The notes under the pieces: generated by a model | Databases searched by the model: none | What the model was told of the DNA's origin: nothing | Seen by the model: only the letters and a program-made list of their open reading frames with translations | Assembly (NCBI RefSeq): GCF_006345805.1 | Contig: NC_043014.1 | Location: forward strand, 44,020,001-44,084,000 | Reading direction: 5' to 3' | Length of the DNA: 64,000 bases | Source: Octopus sinensis | Taxonomy: Eukaryota | Position numbers and translations under genes: made by a program | In this document: positions 13,300-26,865 of the stretch, piece by piece | How the letters are laid out: each line of letters starts with the position of its first letter | Position numbering within the stretch: the first letter of the stretch is position 1

Positions 13300-13515
13300 T
13301 ACTTTATTTAAAGCAGCAGAAAATTCAACAAAATCTGTTACTCTGAGTTTCTCATTGCCGTTCATCAAAAAACTGTCTGATGAACGGCAACGAGAAACTC
13401 AGAGTAACAGATTTTGTTGAATTTCCTGCTGCTTTAAATAAAGCATATTACTCTACCACTGGTATTTGAGTACTCTTTTTTTCCACCTTGTTTCACATTT
13501 ATGTGTTTACTCCAG
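13300..13515. mobile_element. Fold-back, PLE-like non-autonomous element (~67-bp arms, 10-nt loop)
   Basis: Arms ~13300-13367 and 13378-13445; hammerhead at the junction; microsatellite flanks. Confidence 0.7.
13373..13410 (+). ncRNA. Minimal type I hammerhead-like motif in fold-back element
   Basis: ctgt CTGATGA a-cg-gcaa-cg-a GAAA ctc-a-gag TA acag: stem I ctgt/acag, stem III ACTC-A-GAGT, predicted cleavage after GUA (13406); stem II is weak. Confidence 0.6.
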
Positions 13516-13518
13516 TAT

Positions 13519-13562
<44 letters not shown>

Positions 13563-13568
13563 TATATA

Positions 13569-13752
13569 TATCTGTAAATATAATATGTGACAATTATTCG
13601 GTAGCCAAGATAAAACTCTGAGTTTCGGCATCCAAAACTCAGAGTTTTATCTTGGCTACCAAATAATTGTCACATATTATATTTACAGATAAATTCCTCT
13701 ATTTACATAATATCGAGGTCTCTTTCTTTCTTTTGCTATCTTACCATTTTTA

Positions 13753-13760
<8 letters not shown>
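13569..13760. mobile_element. Fold-back element (~57-bp arms)
   Basis: Arms 13569-13625 and 13635-13691; the junction carries GAAACTCAGAGTT on the minus strand; (TA)n on both sides. Confidence 0.7.
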
Positions 13761-13787
<27 letters not shown>

Positions 13788-14089
13788 CACAGGCATGGCT
13801 TGCCTCCCAACCACATGGTTCCAGGTTCAGTCCCACTCCATGGCATTTCGAGTAAGTGTCTTCTACTATAGCCTCAGGCCAACGAATGCCTTGTGAGTGG
13901 ATTTGGTTGACGTAAACTAAAAGAACATATACATACATATACCCAGGCCTATTCCCCATTTTTTGGGGGAGTGGGTAGCCACAACAAGACACACCAAGCA
14001 TTCCATTCATTTCCCACCTCAAAGGGAGTGTATGTGTACATGTTTGTATACACACAGAAAACTGAAAGAAGCTTATTACATATATATAT

Positions 14090-14392
14090 GTGGAGGCGCA
14101 ATGGCCTAGTGGTTAGGGCAACGGACTCGCGGTCGTAGGATCGCGGTTTCGATTCCCAGACCGGGCGTTGTGAGTGTTTATTGAGCAAAAACACCTAAAG
14201 CTCCACAAGGCTCCGGCAGGGGGTGGTGGCGATCGTTGCTGTACTCTTTCGCCACAACTTTCTCTCACTCTTTCTTCTGTTGGCCTGCTCGCTTAGCCAG
14301 CGGGGTGGCGTCATTTGAAGGCTAAAAAAAACAATGCGAAGCGCATTGTGACCAGCGATGTGTAACAACATCTGATGACCTGGTTGGTCACG

Positions 14393-14397
<5 letters not shown>
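14090..14397 (+). mobile_element. SINE family C (tRNA-like head ggaggcgcaatggcctagtgg)
   Basis: A/B-box-like head; related copies at ~3170-3440(+) and ~6790-7105(-). Confidence 0.7.
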
Positions 14398-14427
<30 letters not shown>

Positions 14428-14645
14428 GGAACAAAAACGCAATAGAGGGCATTAAAACGTTCAGACAGATAGAGAATACAAAGGCGGACAAGAGAAACAA
14501 CAACTAGAAGGACAGGCAAAAAAAAGACGGGTCATTCTTGGCTTTCTTTCATCAGTCATGACCATTTCATGCAGTTGACCGCGTGTATACCGTTGGCAAT
14601 TTTTTTTTCTCCGTCTTCCCTTCTTTGGATCTTTCCTTTTCCTAT

Positions 14646-14680
14646 GTTTCTGACGAAGAGCTCCGCTCGAAACGTTAGAC
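14646..14680 (+). ncRNA. Minimal type I hammerhead motif (Penelope-like element type)
   Basis: gttt CTGACGA a GAGC-tcc-GCTC GAAA CGT T agac: palindromic ACGT stem III, 4-bp stem II, stem I gttt/agac (one G-U). Confidence 0.7.
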
Positions 14681-15428
14681 CCCCCTCCTTTCCTGAGTGT
14701 CCAATAATACTATATTTGTTCCACGTCCTCGCACTGTTGTGTTTTCATGTTTGGATTAACTATGTATGTATGTATGTATATATATATAATGTGTGTGTAT
14801 ACGTATATGCTTGTGTGTCTGGGTCTGTCTCCCCAACATCGCTTGACAACCGATGTTGGTGTGTTGACATCCCTGTAACTTAGCGTTTTGGTAAAAGAGA
14901 CCAATAGAATAAGTACTAGGCTTACAAAGAATAAGTTCTGGGGTCAATTTGTTTGACAAACGGCCATTTAACAGACGTTAAACGATGATGAGGATGGTGA
15001 TGATTATGATGGTTGGTTAAATAAGCAATGTGCTGAAACTTAAAATTTAACTCTCCTTTCAGCATTGAGACTTTTCACCAATAAACATTCTGTTGTTATT
15101 CTTAAAATTGCTTTTAAAATTAACAGTAAATAACTACACACACACACATTTGTACTATATTAGAATAAATTTAGACATTAATACATGATATGTCAAAACA
15201 GTATAGTAAAGCATTTCGCATCCAATTTACAGTCCAAATTTAGAAAGACAGAAAGAACAAATGAATTTTAATGAAAGAATTCCTCATGACTAACAGAGAA
15301 TGAATGAGTCAAAACCAACATCACCTGCTAAAGGGTAGAAGATAGATAGATAGATTGGGAATCTTGCGACTTATAATTCATAACCATCATAATATTTCAT
15401 AGAGATATATCTATATACATATTCTCAG

Positions 15429-15446
15429 ATGGAAAAAGTTGTACAG
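15429..15446 (+). CDS. NUGGC: 18-nt coding micro-exon (MEKVVQ)
   Basis: attctcag|ATGGAAAAAGTTGTACAG|gtaaca; phase 0-0; extends the NUGGC-like alignment (recalled human LTASVQ) without a gap. Confidence 0.65.
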
Positions 15447-18400
15447 GTAACATCATCATCATAATCATCATCATCGTTTAGCGTCCGCTTTCCATGCTGG
15501 CATGGGTTGGACGGTTCAGCTGGGGTCTGGGAAGCCAGAAGGCTGCACCAGGCCCAGTCTGATCTGGCAATGTTTCTACAGCTGGATGCTCTTCCTAACG
15601 CCAACCACTCCATGTATGTAGTGGGTGCTTTTTACGTGCCACCGGCACAGGTGCCAGATGAGGCTGGCAATCGGCCACAATCAGATGGTGTTTTTTACGT
15701 GCCACCGGCACGGAGGCCAGGCGAGGCTGGCAACAGCCACGATCGGATGGTGCTTTTTACGTGCCAGTCAGGGCGGTGCTGAATAATAATAATAATAATC
15801 CTTTCTTATTTCTTTACTGCCCACAAGGGGCTACACACAGAGGGGACAAACAAGGACAGACAAATGGATTAATTCAATTATATCGACCCCAGTGCATAAC
15901 TGATACTTATTTAATTGACCCTAAAAGGATGAAAGACAAAGTGGAATTTGAACTCAGAATGTAACGGCAGACGAAATACTGCTAAGCATTTCACCAGGTA
16001 TGCTAACATTTCTGCCAGCTCGCCACCTTTCTAATATAGACACCAGGCCTGAAATTTTGGGGAAAGAGGCTAGTCGATTAGATTGAGCCTAACTAGTACT
16101 TAATTTATTGACCATTAATAAGAATAATGAAATACCAGGTAGTGGCTCTCATGGCTTCTGATCTTAACTGATTAGAAGTGTTATCATGTACATATTTTGT
16201 CTTGGTGTAAGAGATGAGCTACAGCAAATATTCTGCTCAATACCACGGATTTGCTTGTCATTTATTTGACCGTAACCAGTTGAGCATGTTCCTTAGTGGC
16301 TGACGATATGTGCATCTCTGATCATGAGCAGAAGTAGTGGGGGAAGCATCGTTGAGAGGAATTCTTTGGGGTTTGAATAATTCACCTCTGGAAACATGGG
16401 TATTTTGTTCAACATCCTTAAACGACACATATTCAAGGACCTTTTGAGTGAAATGGGTACTTGACCTGAAAAAATTCTAACTGGGCTCCACCTGCAAGGT
16501 CATGTGCTGTTCATATTGATATGAGATCACCATATCATGAACATATGGTTGTGATACATGTGCCTGGTGTGCCCTTATCAAACAGGGAATCATGATGGGT
16601 ATACTGGTCTTTGTATATTTTACCCCATATCATTGTGCTAGCACACACGGCTCTCTCACTCAATAATAATAATAATGATGGTTTCAAATTTTGGTACAGG
16701 GTGAGCAGTTTCAGGAGAGGAGTTAAGTTGATTATATTAACCCCCAACGCTCAACTGGTACTTATTTTATTGACCCTAAAAGGATGAAAAGCAAAGTCAA
16801 CCTCAGCGGAATTTGAACACAGGATATTAAGACAGACTAAATGCTGCTAAGCATTTTGCCTGGCATGCTAACACTTCTTCTGGTTCACTGCCATAATAAT
16901 AATAATAATAATAATAAGGATTATATATTCAGAGATTTATTATTGCTTGTTTACACTTTTTCAAGATCAGTGATGAAAAGTCACTGGAAAAAGGATATAT
17001 GTATTTGCATTGGGACCCCTTCACATCGAAAACCGGTGATTGTCATGCACTGATAAATACCCAGAAACCTAGGTCCGTACGTATCATGTCAGGTCGACGA
17101 TGGGAAGGATGTCTTCCCTTTGCAAATACCGATAGGGCACAGAAAGTGTGCCAATAGCCAGCTGAAGAAGATGTTCTCCTGGGGCTACAAGCTACAGTAG
17201 CATCCACCCTTAGTGGTTAACCACATTTAATTGGCAAATATGCTTCACATTGTCATGCAGTTACTGTTTATACCTGATTTAGATATTTAGATATATATAT
17301 ATTCTTCCTTTTGACTCTTTTACACTTTACTTTGTATGTATGTGTATATATATATATATATATATAATGCAAATGCAAGCTTTAATAGCAAATCTCATTT
17401 GTTTAACACTAGACACCATTGTCAAGTTGCTGACTTAACATTTCTATATCATCATGTATAAGATTATCTTTTACAATTACTACAGAATTAAATATTTTTC
17501 AGTGACAGCTGTTTGTAGGTACCTCCTCAGGTGGAATGCTATTAAGTACTATCGGATTTCTTTGAGTTTCCTCAGATATACCATGTCTGTTACTCTCCAC
17601 CAATAAGTTCATTAGATTCTGTGCGACACAGATTATTGTGGTATTAAAGCCTGCTATTTCCCATCTCCGTGTTATATTATTCTTATATAAATCCTCTACA
17701 ATAGTGGGGTTTCACATGTTTATCCAGCCTTGGAAACGATCCTACTGTAGAGTGACAGTATAGGGGCTTTTTAATGCAAGTTATGAGGTTACTACCTGAA
17801 TTGTACTAAATATTTATATGCCAGCCTCCCCTTGCACCTGTGCCGGTGGCACGTAAAAAGCACCCACTACACTCATGGAGTGGTTGGCATTAGGAAGGGC
17901 ATCAAGCTGTAGAAACACTGCTAGATCAGACTGGAGCCTGGTGCAGCCTCCTAGCTTCCCTGACCCCGGTCGAACTGTCCAACCCATGCTAGCATGGAAA
18001 ATGGACGTTAAACGATGATGATGATGATATGTATATATATATATATATATATATACTAGATATATGTCTGTTTTCCATGTTGGCATGGGTTGGACAGTCT
18101 GGCAGGGGCTGACCAGCTGAAGGGCTATTCAGGCTCCATGTTTGTTTTACCATGGTTTCTTTGGCTGGATGCCCTTCATAATGCCAGCCCCTTTACATAG
18201 TGTACCAGGTGCTTTTACACAGCACCAGCACAGGTGCTTTTTGTGTGGGCCCCTGCACTTAACGAACCCGCAAGACTAGGGATGTTCAGCTGGAGAGAGT
18301 TGCAGGGGACGATCCTGTATGCAAAGGCTGCTATGCTTTTACTTAGTTTGACATTCTTTTCAAGCACAGCAAACCAACAGGAATCTAGATATATAGATAG

Positions 18401-18968
18401 ATAGATAGATGGAGTGGCTGTGTGGTAAGTAGCTTGCTTACCGACCACATGGTTCCGGGTTCAGTCCCACTGCATGGCACCTTGGGCAAGTGTCTTCTAC
18501 TGTAGCCGCGGGCCAACCAAAGCCTTGTGAGTGGATTTGGTAGACGGAAACTGAAAGAAGCCCATCCTATATATGTCTATATGTGTGTATATATATATGT
18601 GTGTGTGTGTCTGTGTTTGTCCCCAAACATCGCTTGACAACCGATGCTGGTGTGTTTACGCCCCCATAACTTAGCGGTTCGGCAAAAGAAACCGATGGAA
18701 TAAGTACTAGGCTTACAAAGACCAAGTCCTGGGGGTCGATTTGCTCGACTAAAGGCGGTGCTCCAGCATGGCCGCAGTCCAATGACTGAAACAAGTAAAA
18801 GGGTAAAAGCGATAGATAGATAGACGGACAGACAGACACTCACTCACTCACTCACATGTGTACATACTTACATACATTAACCTTCTATGAATTAGACCAG
18901 TAATATACCTTGTATTTTTGGAAGGAAACATAATCAGACACAAAGCATGTATATATGAATAGTTAGCT

Positions 18969-19004
<36 letters not shown>

Positions 19005-22000
19005 TCACACAGTTTTACCTATCTTTAATTTCTGGCAGGGAACAATCATGCTCAAAATACACGTTCGTAAATATCTTCAAACTTCTTTTCTCCCTCTCTC
19101 TCCCTCCCCCTCTCTCTCTTGTACACACACACAAACGCACACATGATTTTATTACTCATACTCTGGTTTCTCTTCACCCTAAACGACTTAACCTTTTGCC
19201 TTCTAGTAAAGACAAGTGATTATTCTTCGTCTGCTAGCCTTGTCTGGCACCTGTGTCGGTGGCACATAAAAACACCATCCGAGCGTGGTCGTCTGCTAGC
19301 CTTGTCTGGCACCTGTATCGGTGGCACATAAAAACACCATCCGAGCGTGGCCGTTCGCCAGCCTCGTCTGGCACCTGTGTCGGTGGCACATAAAAACACC
19401 ATCCGAGCGTGGCCGTTCGCCAGCCTCGTCTGGCACCTGTGTCGGTGGCACATAAAAACACCATCCGAGCGTGGCCGTTTGCCAGCCTCGTCTGGCACCT
19501 GTGTCGGTGGCACATAAAAACACCATCCGAGCGTGGCCGTTCGCCAGCCTCGTCTGGCACCTGTGTCGGTGGCACATAAAATCACCCACTACACTCTCGG
19601 AGTGGTTGGCGTTAGGAAGGGCATCCAGCTGTAGAAATACTGCCAGATCTGACTGGCCTGGTGCAGCCTTCGGGCTCCCCAGACCCCAGTTGAACCGTCC
19701 AACCCATGCTAGCATGGAAAGCGGACGTTAAATGATGATGATGATGATGATGTTGATCACTTCAAACTTGTATTTACAAATACCTTCACCCATACTAATA
19801 GGCGTAGGAGTGGCTGTGTGGTAAGTAGCTTGCCTATGAACGACTTGGTTCCGGGTTCAGTCCCACTGCGTGGAACCTTGGGTAGGCAAGTGTCTTCTAC
19901 TATAGCCTCGGGTCGACCAAAGCCTTGTGAGTCGATTTGGTAGGCAGAAACTGAAAGAAACCCGTCGTATGTATATATATGTGTGTGTGTGGTGTGTGTG
20001 TATGCTTGTCCCAATATCGCGGTTCAGCAAAAGAGACCGATACAATAAGTACTAGGCTTACAAAGAATAAGTCCTGGGGTCGATTTGCTCGACTAAAGGC
20101 GATGCTCCAGCATGGCCGCAGTCAGATGACTGAAACAAGTAAAAGAGTATTGCCAATGTATATGTAATATGTGTCTGAATTACAGATCTACATTTCCTTC
20201 AAGAAATGTAAGATATATTAGTGTTGTATACAATACTACCAGTCTGGTTTATGGAGGGTTTAATGTATGTAAGTATATAATATATTTACTGGACATTTTA
20301 ACTAACTTCATGTGAATATGTATACAAATACACACACACATATACACAAAGATGGAAAAAACAGGCCTTAATTGTCTAATTGCAGATTACAACATTTGTT
20401 TCTGTGCCAAATACCAGCTTTAAGTTGCTGAATTTTCATTCATTTACTATTACTCTTTTACTTGTTTCAGTCATTTGACTGTGGCCATGCTGGAGCACCA
20501 CCTTTAGTCGAGCAAATCGACCCCAGGACTTATTCTTTGTAAGCTTAGTACTTATTCTATCAGTCTGTTTTGCCGAACCGCTAAGTGACGAGGACGTAAA
20601 CACACCAGCATCGGTTGTCAAGCGATGTTGGGGAGACAAACACAGACACACAAACATACACGCACACATATATACATATATACAACGGGCTTCTTTCAGT
20701 TTCCGTCTACCAAATCCACTCACAAGGCTTTGGTTGGCCCAAGGCTATAGTAAAAGACACTTGCCCAAGGTGTTACGTAGTGGGACTGAACCCGGAACCA
20801 TGTGGTTGGTAAGCAAGCTACTTACCACACAGCCACTCCTGCACCTATTGTTTAAAGTTATTTTATAAATATGAATGAATACTCAGGAACTCCAACCCGA
20901 TGTCTGGTACAGAAGCAAATGTAGTTTGCAATTAAAGCCTGTTTTTTTCCATCTACATAAATTTGATCTTAATCGTATACCATAGTGGAATTCCATATGT
21001 TTATCCAGTTCAGGGAAAAACTTAGCTGTAAGATGGCATATGGTAACCAATTACAACCTAGGAGTTTTTAAATACATGTTATGAGGTTATTACCAGATTA
21101 CATTTCGTGTATATATATATGTGGTGTGTGTATGTGTATATGCATGTGTGTATATGTATATATATGTATATATATATACATATGTATATATATGTGTGTA
21201 AATATATGTGTATATATATGTATGTGCATGTGTATATATATGTGTGTATGTATATATATATGTGTGTATATATATGTTTATATATATATGTTTATATATG
21301 TGTATGTCTATGTATATATATATATGTGTGTATATGTATATATATATATGTATATGTATATATGTGCATGTGTGTGTATATGTATATATATATGTATGTA
21401 TATATACCTACTACATATGTGGGAAATTCTGTCTGTGGATGTGTTTGTGGAGTTGTTAGCTAACTCTTACATTATTGTATCAATTTTGATGAAATTTGAC
21501 ACGTGAGTAGAACACATGTCAGGAAACCTCATGGCATACTCAGATTGTTGAAAAAAAAATCAATAATAGGGCTCCTAGAAGGAATCCTTGTATATAACCA
21601 AGGGAAATAACTAATTCATGTTCCTAAATGATTTCGTAAAAATGAAATTGAATATGCTTATTTCTTAGTACTTGAACTGTTAGAGTTATTTTCGCAATTT
21701 ATCCAGTACAACCCTTAAACAAGAAAATAGTATTTTCCTAAACAATAGATCCACTTATTTCAGTTAGTGACTTATTCACGAATATACCAGCACTAACGCC
21801 CCTGGGGGTAATATTCTCTGGAAACGCACAAAAGTCCTTTTCAGAGTTATTTATTTGGAATTGTTATTATCTCATATCTGATTAGCCTGTTATTACATAA
21901 CATGCTTCACAATTTTAGTATACGTACCTTATTAGTATTTCCTCCTATGTTCTATATACTCTGGGAATGCATTAAAGCCCTTTTCGGGGCTACCTTATTC

Positions 22001-22275
22001 AAATTCTTACTATTGTGTAACTAATTTCATGTTATTACATAACTGATTCACAATTTGGGTATTCGTAACTTATTGGGAATTCTTAAAAACAAGATCCTGT
22101 GTAAGACAATTCGATATTCTCTGTATATGCACAAAAACCATTTTAAGGGCTACATAGTTTGTATTGTTGTTATTGGATTAGCGAAACAATTATGAAAATG
22201 GAACCAAGGGATAAACCCTGCTTTCCCGGGAATTACTGGGTACGTCAGCTAGCATATATATATATATACATACAA

Positions 22276-22313
<38 letters not shown>

Positions 22314-22639
22314 ATATACATATATATATATATACACATATACATATATATATACACACATACACATATACATATATACATACACATACATATACGTACA
22401 TACATATATATTTCTATACATACATACATATATATACATACATACATATGTATATATACATACATATGTATATATACATACATATATATATATACATACA
22501 TATATATTATATACATACATATATATATATACATACATATATATATATACATACATATATATATATACATACATACATATATATATACATACATACATAT
22601 ATATATACATACATATATATATATACTTACATATATATT

Positions 22640-22715
<76 letters not shown>

Positions 22716-24990
22716 CACATTAGTACATAAAACTAATATGGTATTGAATCATGCCACATAATTCACTAGCTACTTTTATTTAATAATATTCTCCATTTGA
22801 GTCTTCCTTTCTCTGTTTACTGCAGGTTTGTTCTTTCCTATGAATTTATTCATTCTTTCTATGTAAAATTTAATTATAAATGGATGTATACCATCTTAAC
22901 TATACTATTTTAATATGTTAATGCTGGAATTTATTTCACTAACGGTACGCATCTTTTTAAATTACCTGAGATATTGTATCTGACAATCTCCATTGAGTGA
23001 AAGCAGAATAAATCTGTAATACATATTGAACCAATGTTTCACACACACACACACACACACTAGGGAGAGTGAGAGAGTTCCACTATTGTTTAATGAATGG
23101 ATCTATACACCTTGTGCTCATAAAGATTTTCAACTAATGTCTTACCTGTGTCCAGTGTGTGTTTATATATATAGATAATATATATAGGTTAAAGACAAGT
23201 GTTCTCTATATAGAATACACTCCGAAGTCCTTAAGATATTTGAACTTGAGTAAGTAGAGAAGTAAATATAAGGACAAGTTAGGCAAGTTGATTTACACAG
23301 AATATTGGATACATTTAATACAAAAAATGTACGTGTGTATGAATATAAAGTAATCCAACTTGAACAGAATATAAATGATATCAGGAGTTGAATGGGTTGA
23401 GTTTTATGAGACCGACAGCTGTTTCTGAGTTACTTGGGTCCATCATCAGATAACACTGCCTCCATTTGTCCATCCTTAAACTCCATCCTGTCAACAGCTT
23501 AAATGTGTAAAGCTCTCTCCTGAAGACGGAAGCAGTGTTATCTGATAACAGAATAAAGTAACTGTCACTATTCCAGACCAGCAAGCTCCCAGAAACAGCT
23601 GTTAGACTTGTAAAACTCAACCCATTCAACTCCTGATATTTATATTCTGTGTAAGTTGCACTATTTTATATTCATACTCACATGCATTTTTTTGTATTAA
23701 GGTATCTAATATTCTGTGTAAATCGACTTGCCTAACTTGCTTGTCATTACATTTACCCCTATATATATATATTGTGTGTGTGGTTATAATTTTTCAGCAT
23801 AAATATTCAGGTCACGTCTGGTTAGTATGTCCATACATATATATGACTTATTTTCAATGGGGCATTAATAATGGTCAAAGTTATTTGGGTTTCATAATTC
23901 CAAGAGAATTCTTTCCCAACACCCTCCTTTCTGTTAACATTTCAACATTTTTTTCTTAAAGAACTATTTATAAACAATTTCTTTTAAAAATATTTAATCA
24001 CATTTAATCCATTTTTTTTTTCTTCTCTATATCTCTCTATCTCTATTTTTAAACCTTAATCTGTTTGGTAAAAATCTTTCTAGTTTTTGTACTCTGCTTA
24101 CTACTGTGGTGTGCGTGTGTGTTGCAGGAGTCGATGATCAACATATATTCTGACTGTGGGGAAGCAAAAGGCAAGGGCATGTTCCAAAGAGTCAAAACTA
24201 TCGTAAATCAAGGAATAGACACCAATCGGATGTTTATGTTCGATAATGCATCTGAACTTCTCGTTAGCCAAATGCGCATTTTGCAGGTGGGTCAACTTAC
24301 ATTTCATTACCTGTTTCTCTTCTCTCATTCAGCCAAAATGTCATTGCCAATTTGTCTTCCGTCTCATGTCTTGTTGATGGTGCGCCTGACTACACACACG
24401 CACGCACGCATGCATGCATGTTTTCACTTACTATCACACAAACACACTCTTACTCTCTCTCTCACACACATACACATAAATGTTTTGCTATGATTTTTCT
24501 AGTGCATCAGTATCCCCTACCCATGCTCACACTTTAATATTTAGTACTAATCATTTTGCAATGTAGTAGCTAATTCTGATTATTCGTTATTGTCCACATT
24601 AGAAATTCATTGCTTTCATTAATTATAATCATTCGGAATATTTTTTTCTTTGTTTTTGTAATAATTTTATTTGTTTTTTTTTTTCCTATATCCTTCAGAC
24701 TTAAAACCTTATTTACCTCTAACAATCTTTTTTTGAGTGAAAGCTAAGATTCTTTGTTATGGCATAAAATATATAAATATTTTAATAAATATTTGCTGTG
24801 CATGATATATATATGTGAGTGTGTATGTGTGTGTGTGTATGGTTGTGTGTGCACATGCACAAATGCATCCCCCACACATAAGTGAGGAGAGACCCACCAC
24901 TGTTTAATGGACCAAAATACTTTGTTCTGGTAAAAATGTTTGTGATGTGTGTAAAAATTGCTGCTATTCTTTTAGTATGAATCTAGATTA

Positions 24991-25024
<34 letters not shown>

Positions 25025-26834
25025 AGCAGCTAGCTGGCAAAGTCGTTTGCACGCCAGACAAAATGCGTACCAGTATTTTGTCCATCCATACATTCTAAGT
25101 TCAAATTTTCCAAGGTCGACTTCGCCTTTCATCCTTTCGGGGGTCAATAAAATAAGTACCAGTGAAACACTGATGTCAATGTAATCCACTAGTCCCCTCC
25201 TCCAGAATTTCAGGCCTTGTGCCTTAAGCAGAAAAGATTATTATTATTATCATTAAGGCAGTGAACTGGCAGAATCATTAACATGTTGGGTGAAATACTT
25301 GGCAATATTTCATATCCCGTTACATTCTGAGTTCAATTTCCAGTAAGGTCGACTTTACCTTTCATCCATTTGGGGTTGATAAAATTGAGTACTGGGATCG
25401 ATGTAAGCGACTATCCCCAAAATTCAAGGCCTTGTGTCTATAGTAGAAAGGATTATGATTATTATTATTATGGTGTGAAGGTGCATGGCTCAGTGGTTAG
25501 AGCGTAGAGCTTACGATCGAGAGGTTGTGAGTTCGATTCCTGGACTGGGCTGTATGTTGTGTTCTTGAGCAAGACACTTTATTTCATGTTGCTCCAGTTC
25601 ACTCAGCTGAAGAAATGAGTTGTGACGTCACTGGTGCCAAGCTGTATTGGCCGTTGCCTTTCCCTTGGATAACACGCATGGCGTGCAGAGGGGAGGCTGG
25701 TATGCATGAGTGACTGCTAGCCTTCCACAAACGACCTTGCCCTGACTTGTGCCTCAGAGGGTAACTTTCTAGGTGCAATCCCATGGTCGTTCATGACTGA
25801 AGGGGGTTTCCTCCTGTTATTATGGTGAGCTGGCAGAATCATTAGTGTGTCAGGCAAAATGCTTAGTGGTACTTATTTCAGCTCTTAGTATCTTGAGTTC
25901 AAATCCCGGCATAATCAATTTTGCCCTTCATCCTTTCTAGGCAATAAAATAAAGCACCAGTCAAGTAACTGACTTGACCCCTTCCCCTCAAAATTACTGG
26001 TCTTGTGCTAAAATTAGAAAGAATTATATCATGTCCATATTAGGGCAGGAAATTGGTAGAATCATTAGATCATCAGAAAAAATGCCTTGCAGTATTTGTT
26101 CTGGGTACTTGACATTCTGAGGTTCAAATCCTTTCCAGGTCAACTTTGCCTTTCATCTTTCTGGAGTCAGTATGATAAAGTACCAGTCAAGGAAACTCGA
26201 TATAATGCCATTATGATAAACATGGCTGTAGCTCTTTTGAGACACTAAATCGGAAGAAAGGCATTCATCATCAACTTCATTTAATGTCCCTTTTTTTGCT
26301 GTGCTGGCATGGATGGGATGGTTCAACAAGAACCAATAAGCCAGAGGACTATGCCAAGGTCCAATGTCTACTTTGTATGATTTCTACAGCCGGGTATCTT
26401 TCCTAATACTAACAAATTTACAGAGTGTACTGGGTGCACCAGCACTTGTGGGGTCGCTAAGTACCCACAAAACAAGGCCCCCCCCCACTTCAGTAAGTTG
26501 TGCATAGCATGGAAGAGGTTAATGTATGGCATCCCCACTCTGGAAAGAGATTGCTTTTACCTTTCTGTGGTTCTGATTGCTGCTGCTGCTACTACTACTA
26601 CTAATGGTAATACTAATACTACAGTTTTAAACATGTTTACCTCCTCCCCTTGCTACCTAATGAACAATATTGGGATCAAATCTTTATGGTGATATCTGTT
26701 ACCTCCATTCTCCCTTGGTCTTGTGCCAACATTGATGCTGCTGAAATGCTTCAGCATTTGCTATTAATGAGACAATATCTACCCAATGTCTCTCTTTCTT
26801 CCCCCACTCTCTCTCTATACACACACACACACTC

Positions 26835-26865
<31 letters not shown>

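Noticed and set aside
17050-17075. Hammerhead-like CTGATAA...GAAACCTAGGTC
   Set aside because: G8 is mutated, and there is no stem II or stem I pairing; at best a decayed copy. The same applies to GAAACGATCCTA at 17733-17744.
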